Shown: piece after piece, positions 18,048 to 27,698 of the stretch
Layout of the letters: the number at the start of each line of letters is the position of its first letter
How positions within the stretch are numbered: the first letter of the stretch is position 1
Assembly (NCBI GenBank): GCA_964367605.1
Contig: CAYIYY010000001.1
Coordinates: 1-31,941 of the forward strand
Origin: an uncultured Candidatus Izemoplasmatales bacterium
GTDB lineage: Bacteria > Bacillota_I > Bacilli_A > Izemoplasmatales > Hujiaoplasmataceae
Length of the DNA stretch: 31,941 nucleotides
Direction of reading: 5' to 3'
Translations under genes and position numbers: made by a program
The notes under the pieces: generated by a model
What the model was told of the DNA's origin: nothing
Seen by the model: only the letters and a program-made list of their open reading frames with translations
Database searches by the model: none

Positions 18048-20450
18048 TTATAACGGTTTTACATGCCAAATCTTCGATGCATAATCTTGAATCGAACGAT
18101 CACTTGAGAAAATGCCGCTCTTCGCAATGTTAACAATTGAACTCTCTAACCATTTATTTCGGTTTTTATATGCTTCATTCACACGGCTGTGAGCTTCAAC
18201 ATAAGGCATAAAATCTTTTAAAACGAAATAGGTATCTTCATAAAGTAAACGGTCATGGATTTCTTTGAATTCATTGATATCGACGTTTGTGAAGAAGCCA
18301 TTGACCAATTGATCAAGAATGATTCTTAACTCAGGAATTGATTCATACATAGCTTTTGAATTGTAACTATGATTCTTTTGCATCTGAGTCACTTCTTGTG
18401 AGTTTAATCCAAAGATAAAGATATGGTCATCCCCAACTAACTCATGGATTTCAACGTTAGCTCCATCTAAGGTTCCAATTGTCAACGCACCATTCATCAT
18501 GAATTTCATGTTTCCTGTGCCTGACGCTTCTTTTGAAGCGGTTGATATTTGTTCGGAAACATCACAAGCAGGCATGATAATTTCTGCATATGAAACATTG
18601 TAATTTTCAACAAATACAACTTTGAGATAATCCTTGGTATCTGGATCATTGTTCACAACTTCACCGATGGTGTTGAGTAATTTAATAACTTTCTTCGCAA
18701 AATGATAAGCACCTGCGGCTTTTGCACCAAATATAAAGGTATGAGGAACATAATTCTTTTTGAAATCCGAGTCTGATTTCAGTTTGTTATAGACATACAT
18801 GATGTTTAAAGCATTCATTAATTGACGTTTATATTCATGAAGACGTTTCACTTGAATATCAAAAATGGAATCTGGATTTAATTGAATGCCTTGTTCCTGA
18901 TAAATGCGATTTGCTAAAGCTATTTTCTTAGCTTTTTTCATTTCGGCTATCTTTAATTGCGTAGAAGCATCCGCTTTAAACTGAAGTAATTTTTCTAATT
19001 GAAGCGGTTGATGTTTCCAGTCAGTACCGATGGCTTCATCAATAATCGATGTTAATTCCTTATTCGAATGAATTAACCAGCGACGGTGCGTAATTCCATT
19101 CGTCACATTATTGAATTTATCGGGATATAACCGATAAAAATCATTCATTTCGATTTCTTTTAAGATATCGGTATGAAGTTTGGCAACGCCATTGACACTG
19201 TAACAACCGACTAGACATAAATTCGCCATACGGACAACACCGTTGTGAATAATCGCCATACGGTTAATTAAATCAATTTGTTGGTACGAATAATTGTCGA
19301 CTAAGAAACTAAAGAAACGGCGGTTAATTTCTTCAATCAGTTGGTAAATTCGTGGCAATATCGGTTGCATCAAGTAGATTGGCCATTTTTCTAAAGCCTC
19401 TGACATAATCGTATGATTCGTATAGGCCGTCGAACGATGAACGATATCCCAAGCTTCATCCCATACCATATTTTCTTCATCGAGTAAAATTCTCATCAAT
19501 TCAGGAATGATTAAGGTTGGATGGGTATCATTGATATGAAATACAACGTGTTCTGGTAAAGAAGCTAACGTATTATACTTCTCTTTATGTTTTTGACAAA
19601 CGCTTTTCACGCCTGCGGCGGTGAAAAAGTATTGTTGCATCAATCTTAAACGTTTGCCTTCTTCAGTGGTATCATCAGGGTATAAAAAACCCGTAATTTT
19701 TTGAAGATCAAATTCGTATTCAAAAGCACTTTTGTTTTTGGGATACTTTCTCGAAGGTTCAGCATTCCATAGTCTTAACGCGGTCACAACGCCATTATCT
19801 GCGCCAACAATTGGAACATCATAAGGAACAGCCTTGATAAATTCAGAAGGACGGTATTTCATCTTCCCGTCGTATTCCACATAACCAAAAAATGGAATAT
19901 CAACCGCTTCTTCTTCCTTGCGTATTTCCCAAACGTAGCCATCTGATAACCAGTTATCTGGACGTTCTTCTTGGTAACCGTTTTTGATGGCTTGACGGAA
20001 TAAACCATAGCGATACCTAATGCAATTTCCAAACCCGGGAATGCCTAAGGTTGCCATTGAATCGAGGTAACAAGCCGCCAAACGGCCTAACCCACCATTG
20101 CCCAGACCAGGGTCAGGTTCATATGATTCGACTTCATTGATATCTAAACCCATCTCGGCAAAAGCAGCTTCAGCGATATCACGAACACCCATATTGATTA
20201 AATTGTTTGTGATTAAACGGCCCATCAAAAATTCCATGGAGAAATAATAGACCTCTTTTTGATGACCTTTTTTTAAGGTTTCATTGGTCTTCATCCAATC
20301 TTGGGCAATCGTTTCTTTTAATAATTGTCCTAGTACATGATAACGCTGACGCACACTAGAGTTTGTTACATCCGTTAAATATGTTGTTTTTAGTCGATCG
20401 ATAAATACTTTCTTAAAAGCTTGCGCCGACTGAAAATGTCCTTTATTCAT
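18048..20450 (-). CDS. glgP: Glycogen/maltodextrin phosphorylase
   Basis: GLGNGGLGRLAAC, INDTHP, YTNHT, KRLHEYKRQ and EASGTGNMK (PLP lysine) motifs. Start set at ATG 20450 (SD GAGGTG). Confidence 0.97.
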   Translation of the reverse strand: MNKGHFQSAQAFKKVFIDRLKTTYLTDVTNSSVRQRYHVLGQLLKETIAQDWMKTNETLKKGHQKEVYYFSMEFLMGRLITNNLINMGVRDIAEAAFAEMGLDINEVESYEPDPGLGNGGLGRLAACYLDSMATLGIPGFGNCIRYRYGLFRQAIKNGYQEERPDNWLSDGYVWEIRKEEEAVDIPFFGYVEYDGKMKYRPSEFIKAVPYDVPIVGADNGVVTALRLWNAEPSRKYPKNKSAFEYEFDLQKITGFLYPDDTTEEGKRLRLMQQYFFTAAGVKSVCQKHKEKYNTLASLPEHVVFHINDTHPTLIIPELMRILLDEENMVWDEAWDIVHRSTAYTNHTIMSEALEKWPIYLMQPILPRIYQLIEEINRRFFSFLVDNYSYQQIDLINRMAIIHNGVVRMANLCLVGCYSVNGVAKLHTDILKEIEMNDFYRLYPDKFNNVTNGITHRRWLIHSNKELTSIIDEAIGTDWKHQPLQLEKLLQFKADASTQLKIAEMKKAKKIALANRIYQEQGIQLNPDSIFDIQVKRLHEYKRQLMNALNIMYVYNKLKSDSDFKKNYVPHTFIFGAKAAGAYHFAKKVIKLLNTIGEVVNNDPDTKDYLKVVFVENYNVSYAEIIMPACDVSEQISTASKEASGTGNMKFMMNGALTIGTLDGANVEIHELVGDDHIFIFGLNSQEVTQMQKNHSYNSKAMYESIPELRIILDQLVNGFFTNVDINEFKEIHDRLLYEDTYFVLKDFMPYVEAHSRVNEAYKNRNKWLESSIVNIAKSGIFSSDRSIQDYASKIWHVKPL

Positions 20451-20472
20451 TGTATACACCTCACAATGTTAC

Positions 20473-20481
20473 ATTATACCA
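20473..20481 (-). promoter_or_regulatory. Extended -10 element of an internal glgP promoter
   Basis: Minus strand TGGTATAAT in the gap between glgD-glgA and glgP. Confidence 0.55.
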
Positions 20482-20521
20482 TTTTTAACTCTATTCTAAA
20501 GAATAGACAATATGATAACGG

Positions 20522-22957
20522 TTACCGATTGGATGAACCAATCATCGTTTTGTAGAGTTCGACGTAAGCTTTCGCACTGACTTCCAATGAATAATGAGAA
20601 GCCATGGCATTTTTAATCAGTTGTTGCTTCAGCTGCGTTTCACCGCTGTTAAACAAATGAAGGGCGTTATACAACTGAAAGATTAAATCTCTTGAATCAT
20701 AATTGTAGAATTTAAAGCCATTGCCTTTTTTTGAAACGCTATCGAATTGCTCAACAGTATCGTTGAGTCCTCCGGTTTGACGAACAATAGGAATCGTTCC
20801 ATATTTCAAAGCAATCATCTGGGAGGTTCCGCATGGTTCAAAGCGAGAAGGCATTAAAAATGCATCTGCACCCGCATAGATATAATTTGGATTGGTCGCA
20901 TCATAACCAATATTGAGTTTCATCCGGTTCGGATATTTCGCTTCTATTTGTCTTAATGCATTAATATAACGTTCTTCACCAATGCCTAAAAGGACAAATT
21001 CGACGTTTGGCTGCGACATAAATTCTTCTAAAGCTGGAATTAAAATATCAAAGCCTTTTTGTTCGACGATTCTAGAGACCATGCCCATCACAAAGTATTC
21101 GTCGCCAACGGCGATATTCATGGTTTGTTGAAGATACTTTTTGTTCAAAGGTTTGGATTGAAAGACATTTTTAGCGTTGTAGGGCACTTTAATTGAAAGA
21201 TCAGTCATTGGATCTATCTCATCAGATAAACCGTTTAAAATGCCATAAAAATCACGGTCACGGCGGTTGATGATTTCAACAAGATTCTTGGAATAATATT
21301 CATATCTTAATTCGTCATGGTAGGTCGGTGATACGGTTGAAATCGTAGAAGCATTATTGAGACCTAATTCCATAAAATTGATGGTTTGATGATAATGATT
21401 GATATCATTCAGTCCCACTTTATTCAAAATCGACATCGGATGAATTCCTTGGTAATCAATATTATGAATGGTCATCAACGTTTTAATCGATTTGATCGTT
21501 TCATCGTTTTTGACTAACAATGGAATTAAACCGGTATGCCAGTCATGGATATGAATGACATTGGGAAGTTCATCAAAAATAGGGATGAAGTTTAAACAGG
21601 CTTTTGAGAAGAAAGCAAATCGATCACCATCATCGTCGTAACCGTAGATTTCATCTCGATCAAAGAAGTCGTAGGATTCGATAAAGTAATAATTCGTATT
21701 TTGATCTAAATAAGAATAGAGCGTCACTTTATATTTAACGTCTCCATAAAGAATAACGGCCTCAGCTCGCATCTCGAGTAATAAACGGTACTTATCTTTA
21801 ATCCGTGGATATAACGGCATCATGACTGAAGATTGAACTCCGAGTTTACTATAATTGAGCGCTAATGCGCCAACAACATCTGCTAATCCACCGGTTTTAA
21901 CAAAGGGTTCACACTCAACGGCGATTTGAACGATATTCAATTCTTCATCGCCGGCAACGATTTGTTTTTTCTCTGAAATAAACAAATCTTCATTCGTACC
22001 CGTCACTTTTGCTTGTTTCATGACTTTTGTTTCTTTATCCAAAATGGCGTATTCAACGAATGCGCCTTCTTCAATGACACACTGATTCATTATCACTGAA
22101 TTTTTGACGGTTGCGCCTTTTTTAACAATCGCTTTTCGACCAATGATAGAATTGAAAATCGCACCTTCAATAACCGCTCCACTGGCGATAATCGAATTTT
22201 TGACAAAGGATTCATTCCCGTATCGCGAAGGGCTAGACATCGTCTCCTTTGAAAATATCGGGTGTTGCGGATTAAACAATTGATGTCTTGTTTCCATGGA
22301 TAATAACGCCAAATTTGCTTTATATAATTCCTCAGGGGAATCAATGAAAAAACAAGCTGATTCAAACACATAAGCATTCTTATTGATAGAAGGTGAATAA
22401 TCATAGACTTCTGTTAAATTTCGATACTGAAGATCATCATAATTTTTGATGTAACTCAATAATGTCGTCTTAGATAAAACAAATGTCTTTAATCGTTGTC
22501 CTTCAAATGACAAAACTTCTGTGATATCAGCCTGACGTAGTAAATGATTTTTTAATACGTCAGCGTAGTCAATGTTCCAAACGATATTAGCGGGAGATAC
22601 AATGACATATTCTTGAGTACTTCTGACAAAATACTCGATATGTTCATACATTCTTTGAAAGGAAATCGAATCTTCACTTTTTAAATTCAGATTTTTTGGT
22701 TGTAAAATGAAAATACCATCTTTTCTTCTGGATAAATCCCAGCGATCTCCTGAACCAATATGGTCTGATAAAGAGCGATAATTGCCATATGGAAAAATCG
22801 CGACATTTCGAATGCCCGAATTTTTACAATTTGATAAAGTAAAATCAATTAATCGATATTTTGCGCCAAATGGCATCGCACCTGGCATCCTGTGACGCGT
22901 TAACTTGTTAAAGTTGCCTTTAATGGTCGCATCAACGACCATAAACAAATTATTCAT
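20522..22957 (-). CDS. glgD-glgA: Fusion of the ADP-glucose pyrophosphorylase GlgD subunit (N-terminal ~335 aa) and glycogen synthase GlgA (C-terminal ~472 aa)
   Basis: The N-terminal part has LTRHR.PGAMPFGAKYRLIDFTLSN and a beta-helix (NSIIASGAVIEG, VKNSVIM). The C-terminal part has PFVKTGGLADV, HIHDWH, TIHNIDYQG, VSRIVEQKG and PSRFEPCG. It is one uninterrupted ORF, starting at ATG 22957 or GTG 22966. Confidence 0.92.
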   Translation of the reverse strand: MNNLFMVVDATIKGNFNKLTRHRMPGAMPFGAKYRLIDFTLSNCKNSGIRNVAIFPYGNYRSLSDHIGSGDRWDLSRRKDGIFILQPKNLNLKSEDSISFQRMYEHIEYFVRSTQEYVIVSPANIVWNIDYADVLKNHLLRQADITEVLSFEGQRLKTFVLSKTTLLSYIKNYDDLQYRNLTEVYDYSPSINKNAYVFESACFFIDSPEELYKANLALLSMETRHQLFNPQHPIFSKETMSSPSRYGNESFVKNSIIASGAVIEGAIFNSIIGRKAIVKKGATVKNSVIMNQCVIEEGAFVEYAILDKETKVMKQAKVTGTNEDLFISEKKQIVAGDEELNIVQIAVECEPFVKTGGLADVVGALALNYSKLGVQSSVMMPLYPRIKDKYRLLLEMRAEAVILYGDVKYKVTLYSYLDQNTNYYFIESYDFFDRDEIYGYDDDGDRFAFFSKACLNFIPIFDELPNVIHIHDWHTGLIPLLVKNDETIKSIKTLMTIHNIDYQGIHPMSILNKVGLNDINHYHQTINFMELGLNNASTISTVSPTYHDELRYEYYSKNLVEIINRRDRDFYGILNGLSDEIDPMTDLSIKVPYNAKNVFQSKPLNKKYLQQTMNIAVGDEYFVMGMVSRIVEQKGFDILIPALEEFMSQPNVEFVLLGIGEERYINALRQIEAKYPNRMKLNIGYDATNPNYIYAGADAFLMPSRFEPCGTSQMIALKYGTIPIVRQTGGLNDTVEQFDSVSKKGNGFKFYNYDSRDLIFQLYNALHLFNSGETQLKQQLIKNAMASHYSLEVSAKAYVELYKTMIGSSNR

Positions 22958-24086
22958 CGACGCCACCTACCTCCATCATATTGGAACTGTCAATAACAAT
23001 AACTTCGTCTGCTATCAAGGTATAGTTTTCTGGAATAATAACGCCTTTATTGACGATCACGTTTTTAAGTCTCACGTTTTCTGAAATGAAAACTTGCGGA
23101 AGTAATACACAGTTCTCAATATGAGCGTTTTTCATCACAACGACTTGATAACCAACCGTTGAATGAATGATGTTTCCATCAATGATTGACCCATCTGCAA
23201 TAACACTTTTCTTGATAATTCCGTCTTCTAAAACGATATGCGGTGGGAGATTCATTGATTTTGAGTAGACTTGAATTCCTTTTGAAACGTTTAAGGAAAG
23301 AAAATTAGGATCATCTAGCATATCCATATTTGCTTGAAATAATGAATCAATCGTGCCAACGTCTTTCCAGTAGCCATCAAAGGGATAACTAAAAATTTGA
23401 TAACCTTCTTTATAAGCATTTGGGATGACGTTTTTACCAAAATCGATGCTTTCTTCATGACCGATACCCCGTAATAACGTTTCTAGTACATCCGTTTTAA
23501 AGAGATAAATTCCCATCGAAGCATGTAAAGACTGCGGATTTTGAGGTTTTTCTTCAAATCCTGTCATTCTTGTATCAGAGTCGTACTGAATAATGCCAAA
23601 ACGCTGTGTCTCTTCTTTAGGAACATCGACAGAAGCAATTGTTAAGTCAGCGTTATGTTGTAGATGATGATCAAACATTTTTTGATAATCCATTTTATAA
23701 ATGTGATCACCCGCTAAAATCAAAACATGATCTGCTTGATATTGTTTGACAAAACTAAAATATTGATAAATGGCATGGGCGGTTCCTTTTTGCCACTGGA
23801 CTTCGCCACTTTTTGCATAAGGCGTTAAAAAGGAAATTCCGCCGTCAATCGTGTCTAAATCCCACGAACCGCCGTTGCCGATATAATTCATGAGTTCATA
23901 CGGTTCATATTGGGTAATCAAGCCAACGACATCAATATTAGAATGGGCTAGGTTGGATAGAGTAAAGTCGATAAGGCGGTATTTACCGCCAAAAGAAACG
24001 GCTGGTTTTGCCGTATCTTTCGTAATTTCATTGAGTCTAGATCCCTTTCCACCCACTAAAATCATCGCAATTAAAGAGCGTTTCAT
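22950..24086 (-). CDS. glgC: Glucose-1-phosphate adenylyltransferase catalytic subunit
   Basis: GGKGSRL, AKPAVSFGGKYRLIDF, GTAHA, GDHIYKMDY, FEEKP and YWKDVGT motifs. Confidence 0.95.
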   Translation of the reverse strand: MKRSLIAMILVGGKGSRLNEITKDTAKPAVSFGGKYRLIDFTLSNLAHSNIDVVGLITQYEPYELMNYIGNGGSWDLDTIDGGISFLTPYAKSGEVQWQKGTAHAIYQYFSFVKQYQADHVLILAGDHIYKMDYQKMFDHHLQHNADLTIASVDVPKEETQRFGIIQYDSDTRMTGFEEKPQNPQSLHASMGIYLFKTDVLETLLRGIGHEESIDFGKNVIPNAYKEGYQIFSYPFDGYWKDVGTIDSLFQANMDMLDDPNFLSLNVSKGIQVYSKSMNLPPHIVLEDGIIKKSVIADGSIIDGNIIHSTVGYQVVVMKNAHIENCVLLPQVFISENVRLKNVIVNKGVIIPENYTLIADEVIVIDSSNMMEVGGVDE

Positions 24087-24101
24087 CCCTGCACCAACTT
24101 T

Positions 24102-25985
24102 CTATTCAAACAGACCTTCTAACACCCGATATTTAAAAATGGTAATTGATAATGGAGCGAGTTTCATAGTAATGGTATACTCGCGGTTATGGAATTGATC
24201 ATGAACCGCATGAATCGGTTCACCGTTATAAACATTAGAACCACCGTAGATATCTTTATCGCTATTGAGAATTTCTTCATAAACACCTAATCTTGGAACC
24301 CCAAGTTTAAAGGACTCATGGGCCGTTGGCGTCATATTTAAGACAACGACGCAGAAATCTGAGGGTTCGGACGCATATCTGATGAATGAAAATACGGATT
24401 GATCACGATTCGTCGAATCAATCCAAGAGAATCCATCCGGATGATGGTCTTGTTCATAAAGCGGTTTATGATGGTCATAAACTTGAATTAAATCACGAAC
24501 AAATCGATTGGCACGTTCATGAAGTGGATATTGTAATAAGAACCACTCGAGTTCTTCTTTATCTTTCCATTCATGCATTTGAGCAAATTCACCACCCATG
24601 AAAATGAGTTTTTTACCAGGATGGGTGAACTGTAGTCCGAGTAAGGTTCTAAAGTTCGCGAATTTTTGCCAATAATCACCGGGCATTTTATTAATGAGTG
24701 AATGTTTCCCGTGTACGACTTCATCATGAGATAAAGGTAAAATAAAGCGTTCGCTATAAGTATAGACAAGCCCGAAGGTAATTAAATCATGATGATATTT
24801 ACGGTATATAGGATCTTTTTCAAAATAGCGTAAGGTATCATTCATCCAACCCATATTCCACTTATAATCAAAACCAACGCCACCTTCGGAAACAGGATAG
24901 GTCATTTTAGGGAATGTTGTCGAATCTTCGGCAATCAGTAAAACTGAATGATCTTCTTGTTTCACTGTCACGCTGAGATTTTGAAGAAATTCTACCGCAG
25001 GATAGTTGGTACCATTGGATTGGTCGCCAAGGTAGTAAACAATATTGGAAACGGCATCAATTCTAAACCCATCGCAATGGAAATAACGAATCCAAAAGAG
25101 GGCGTTAGATGATAAAAAGCTGCGCGTAACACCTTTTCCTAAATCAAGATTCACCGTTCCCCAAACTTCATTTTCTCTGATTTTATAATCGGAATATTCG
25201 TATAGGGGTTCCCCATCAAATAGATAAAGACCATGGGCATCTTTACAAATATGACCCGGAACCCAATCTAAAATAACACCAATATTATTTTGGTGACACA
25301 TATCGATTAAATACATTAAATCTTTCGGAACACCATAGCGGGAGGTTGCACTAAAATAGCCTGTTCCTTGATACCCCCACGATTCATCTAAAGGATGTTC
25401 GACGATAGGCATGAGTTCAATATGAGAAAAACCATGAGCTTTGACATAAGGGATCAAATAATCCACTAGCTCATTATATTTATGAACGGATCCATCAGGT
25501 TTTGTCATCCATGTACCCAAATGAACTTCATAGATGGCTAATTTGTCCGTGTAAATCGAATGATTTCTCCGTTTTTCAAGATAGGTTGTATCGTGCCAAA
25601 CGTAGCCGTCGATATCATAGACCTTCGATGAAGTTTCCGGACGATGATCAGAAAAATAAGCATAAGGATCGGCTTTAAAGATGGTTTGCCCGTAAGCGGT
25701 CACAATACAGTATTTATACCTTGTCCATTCATGAAGTTTCGGAATAAACAGCCGGTAAATACCGATTGGATCAATCTTCTCCATCACATGAATTCTTGAA
25801 TCCCAGTTGTTAAAATCACCCACAACACTCACAATTTTCGCATGGGGGGCATAGACGGTAAATCTGACTCCCATCACACGATTGAGATCATCTTTGATAA
25901 TGTGACTTCCGAAATGTTTGTAAGCTTCTAATAATTTTCCTTCATTAAACAAATACAGATCAAATTCGGTCATTAAGTCGTTCAT
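24102..25985 (-). CDS. glgB: 1,4-alpha-glucan branching enzyme
   Basis: YEVHLG, WGYQ, DWVPGH, DGFRIDAV, AEDST, WNMGWMND and LSHDEVVHGK motifs. Confidence 0.97.
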   Translation of the reverse strand: MNDLMTEFDLYLFNEGKLLEAYKHFGSHIIKDDLNRVMGVRFTVYAPHAKIVSVVGDFNNWDSRIHVMEKIDPIGIYRLFIPKLHEWTRYKYCIVTAYGQTIFKADPYAYFSDHRPETSSKVYDIDGYVWHDTTYLEKRRNHSIYTDKLAIYEVHLGTWMTKPDGSVHKYNELVDYLIPYVKAHGFSHIELMPIVEHPLDESWGYQGTGYFSATSRYGVPKDLMYLIDMCHQNNIGVILDWVPGHICKDAHGLYLFDGEPLYEYSDYKIRENEVWGTVNLDLGKGVTRSFLSSNALFWIRYFHCDGFRIDAVSNIVYYLGDQSNGTNYPAVEFLQNLSVTVKQEDHSVLLIAEDSTTFPKMTYPVSEGGVGFDYKWNMGWMNDTLRYFEKDPIYRKYHHDLITFGLVYTYSERFILPLSHDEVVHGKHSLINKMPGDYWQKFANFRTLLGLQFTHPGKKLIFMGGEFAQMHEWKDKEELEWFLLQYPLHERANRFVRDLIQVYDHHKPLYEQDHHPDGFSWIDSTNRDQSVFSFIRYASEPSDFCVVVLNMTPTAHESFKLGVPRLGVYEEILNSDKDIYGGSNVYNGEPIHAVHDQFHNREYTITMKLAPLSITIFKYRVLEGLFE

Positions 25986-25987
25986 GA

Positions 25988-26791
25988 TTATCTCCCTTCA
26001 AGAAACTTTTTTATGGTATCATATCGATACCCTTTTGCCATTAGCGAGGAAATGATTTTACTTTTGATATCATAGTCAGATAAACTTGAATCGCGATATT
26101 TCTTTAGACTTTTTTGGTAATCTTTTTCAATCATTAATAATTCATTCTCAACAGTTGAAAAGAGATGAGCTCTTTTTGATACAAAAGCGTCGCAATCGTT
26201 TAACTCATAGCCTTTTTGATAGAGAAATTGTTTCATAAGTAACATCGCTTTTGCTTTTGGTTTAGATGATAAAGAGGGTAATTTTTTATCAAATAAGCTA
26301 TTTAAGTTATGTTGTATTGCAGATTCATTCATCTTTTGATGCAATCGTTGAAGGAGAGAATCATCGATCCCTTTATGTTTTAATTCATAGATGATTTTAT
26401 TAGGACCATTTAAATTTAAATGAAATGTTCTTTCAAAATATTGAAGAGCATATTGTTCGTCATCTAAAAAATGAAATTGTATGAGTTTATGGATAATCTT
26501 ATCGATATCTTGAATAGTAGTGACTTTATCCTCTAAATATCGCTTCGTTTCATCAATAGTTTTTGGATATCGCGATAATAATGCTTTTGTTTTTTGATAA
26601 ACTGAATCGATGGCGTAATCAGCTTTAAAAATACGAAAAGCCGTTTCATCCAATAATTTCCCTTTGATTAACCGATGGTTGACCACAAGATCTTCAGAAA
26701 CGACATAGTCATGCGTATTTAAATTATCGTCTAAGAACGTGACCGTATACGACGATTTGTTATTTGTTTTTAAGCTTTCCACTTTCATCAT
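25988..26791 (-). CDS. recX: RecX family regulatory protein
   Basis: Long Firmicutes-type RecX features: 'FLDDEQYA', 'GPNKIIYELKHKGI', 'FLYQKGY' and 'LMAKGY' helical repeats. Confidence 0.82.
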   Translation of the reverse strand: MMKVESLKTNNKSSYTVTFLDDNLNTHDYVVSEDLVVNHRLIKGKLLDETAFRIFKADYAIDSVYQKTKALLSRYPKTIDETKRYLEDKVTTIQDIDKIIHKLIQFHFLDDEQYALQYFERTFHLNLNGPNKIIYELKHKGIDDSLLQRLHQKMNESAIQHNLNSLFDKKLPSLSSKPKAKAMLLMKQFLYQKGYELNDCDAFVSKRAHLFSTVENELLMIEKDYQKSLKKYRDSSLSDYDIKSKIISSLMAKGYRYDTIKKFLEGR

Positions 26792-27695
26792 TTTTCACAA
26801 ACACCTCTTCTTTTGTGGACCATTCACCTTGAATTTCAGAAGCTGGTGTAACAAAAACGAATGCTTTAGGGTCGTTTGTTGCGATGATTCGACGGACCAT
26901 ATGATATTCCGTATTTTGAATGACCATTATTAACATGGTTTTTTTGTTTTCAGTAAAACCGCCGACGCTTTGCAGTTCTGTCACGCCACGGCGTAACATC
27001 GCAAATATTTCAGCCTTTATTTCTTTAGGTTTATCTGTAATGATATTAACTGCTTTTTTAGACTGACTTCCCATCACAATCGAATCGGACACTTGACCGG
27101 AAATATAAACCATGACGACCGCATAAAGTAGATTAATAAACCCTTGATTTAATCCTCCAGGGAATGTCAATGCCCCTAAAACGATAATCAAACCATCAAC
27201 GAGATAAACGGAGAGTCTCAAAGAGAGTTTCGTATATTTTTTGACAATTTTGATGATGATATCAGAACCACCGGTCGATCCCCCGTATTGAACGACAATC
27301 CCAAATCCCACACCTGCGAGCATCCCAGCATATAAAATGACGAGTAATAAATCACTTTCTCTAAAGGTTGGATCAGGAATAATGACTTCGAAAAGAGCTA
27401 AAAAAATAGGGAATAATAGACTACCAAAAATACTGTTAAGTAGTTCTTGTTTTCCTAAAAATAAAAACGCCATAATTAATAAAAACGAGTTGAGTACTAA
27501 AGAGAAAAACGAGATAGGGAGTGTGGGAATATAACGGTTTAGAATCATCGCTAAACCCGTTGATCCACCCACGACCAATCCAGAAGGAATAACGAAAAAA
27601 TAGTAGGCCACTGCCATCGCTAAGACACCGAGTGTCAAGAAAAAATATTGTTCGATTTTGCCGATTTTACGGATTTTAAAAAATCTTGTTGACAT
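26760..27695 (-). CDS. YitT family membrane protein
   Basis: GGSTG repeats, 'GGSDII', a multi-TM body and a C-terminal soluble domain (RGVT...GGFT...MLIMVI, DPKAF). Confidence 0.85.
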   Translation of the reverse strand: MSTRFFKIRKIGKIEQYFFLTLGVLAMAVAYYFFVIPSGLVVGGSTGLAMILNRYIPTLPISFFSLVLNSFLLIMAFLFLGKQELLNSIFGSLLFPIFLALFEVIIPDPTFRESDLLLVILYAGMLAGVGFGIVVQYGGSTGGSDIIIKIVKKYTKLSLRLSVYLVDGLIIVLGALTFPGGLNQGFINLLYAVVMVYISGQVSDSIVMGSQSKKAVNIITDKPKEIKAEIFAMLRRGVTELQSVGGFTENKKTMLIMVIQNTEYHMVRRIIATNDPKAFVFVTPASEIQGEWSTKEEVFVKNDESGKLKNK

Positions 27696-27698
27696 GTT

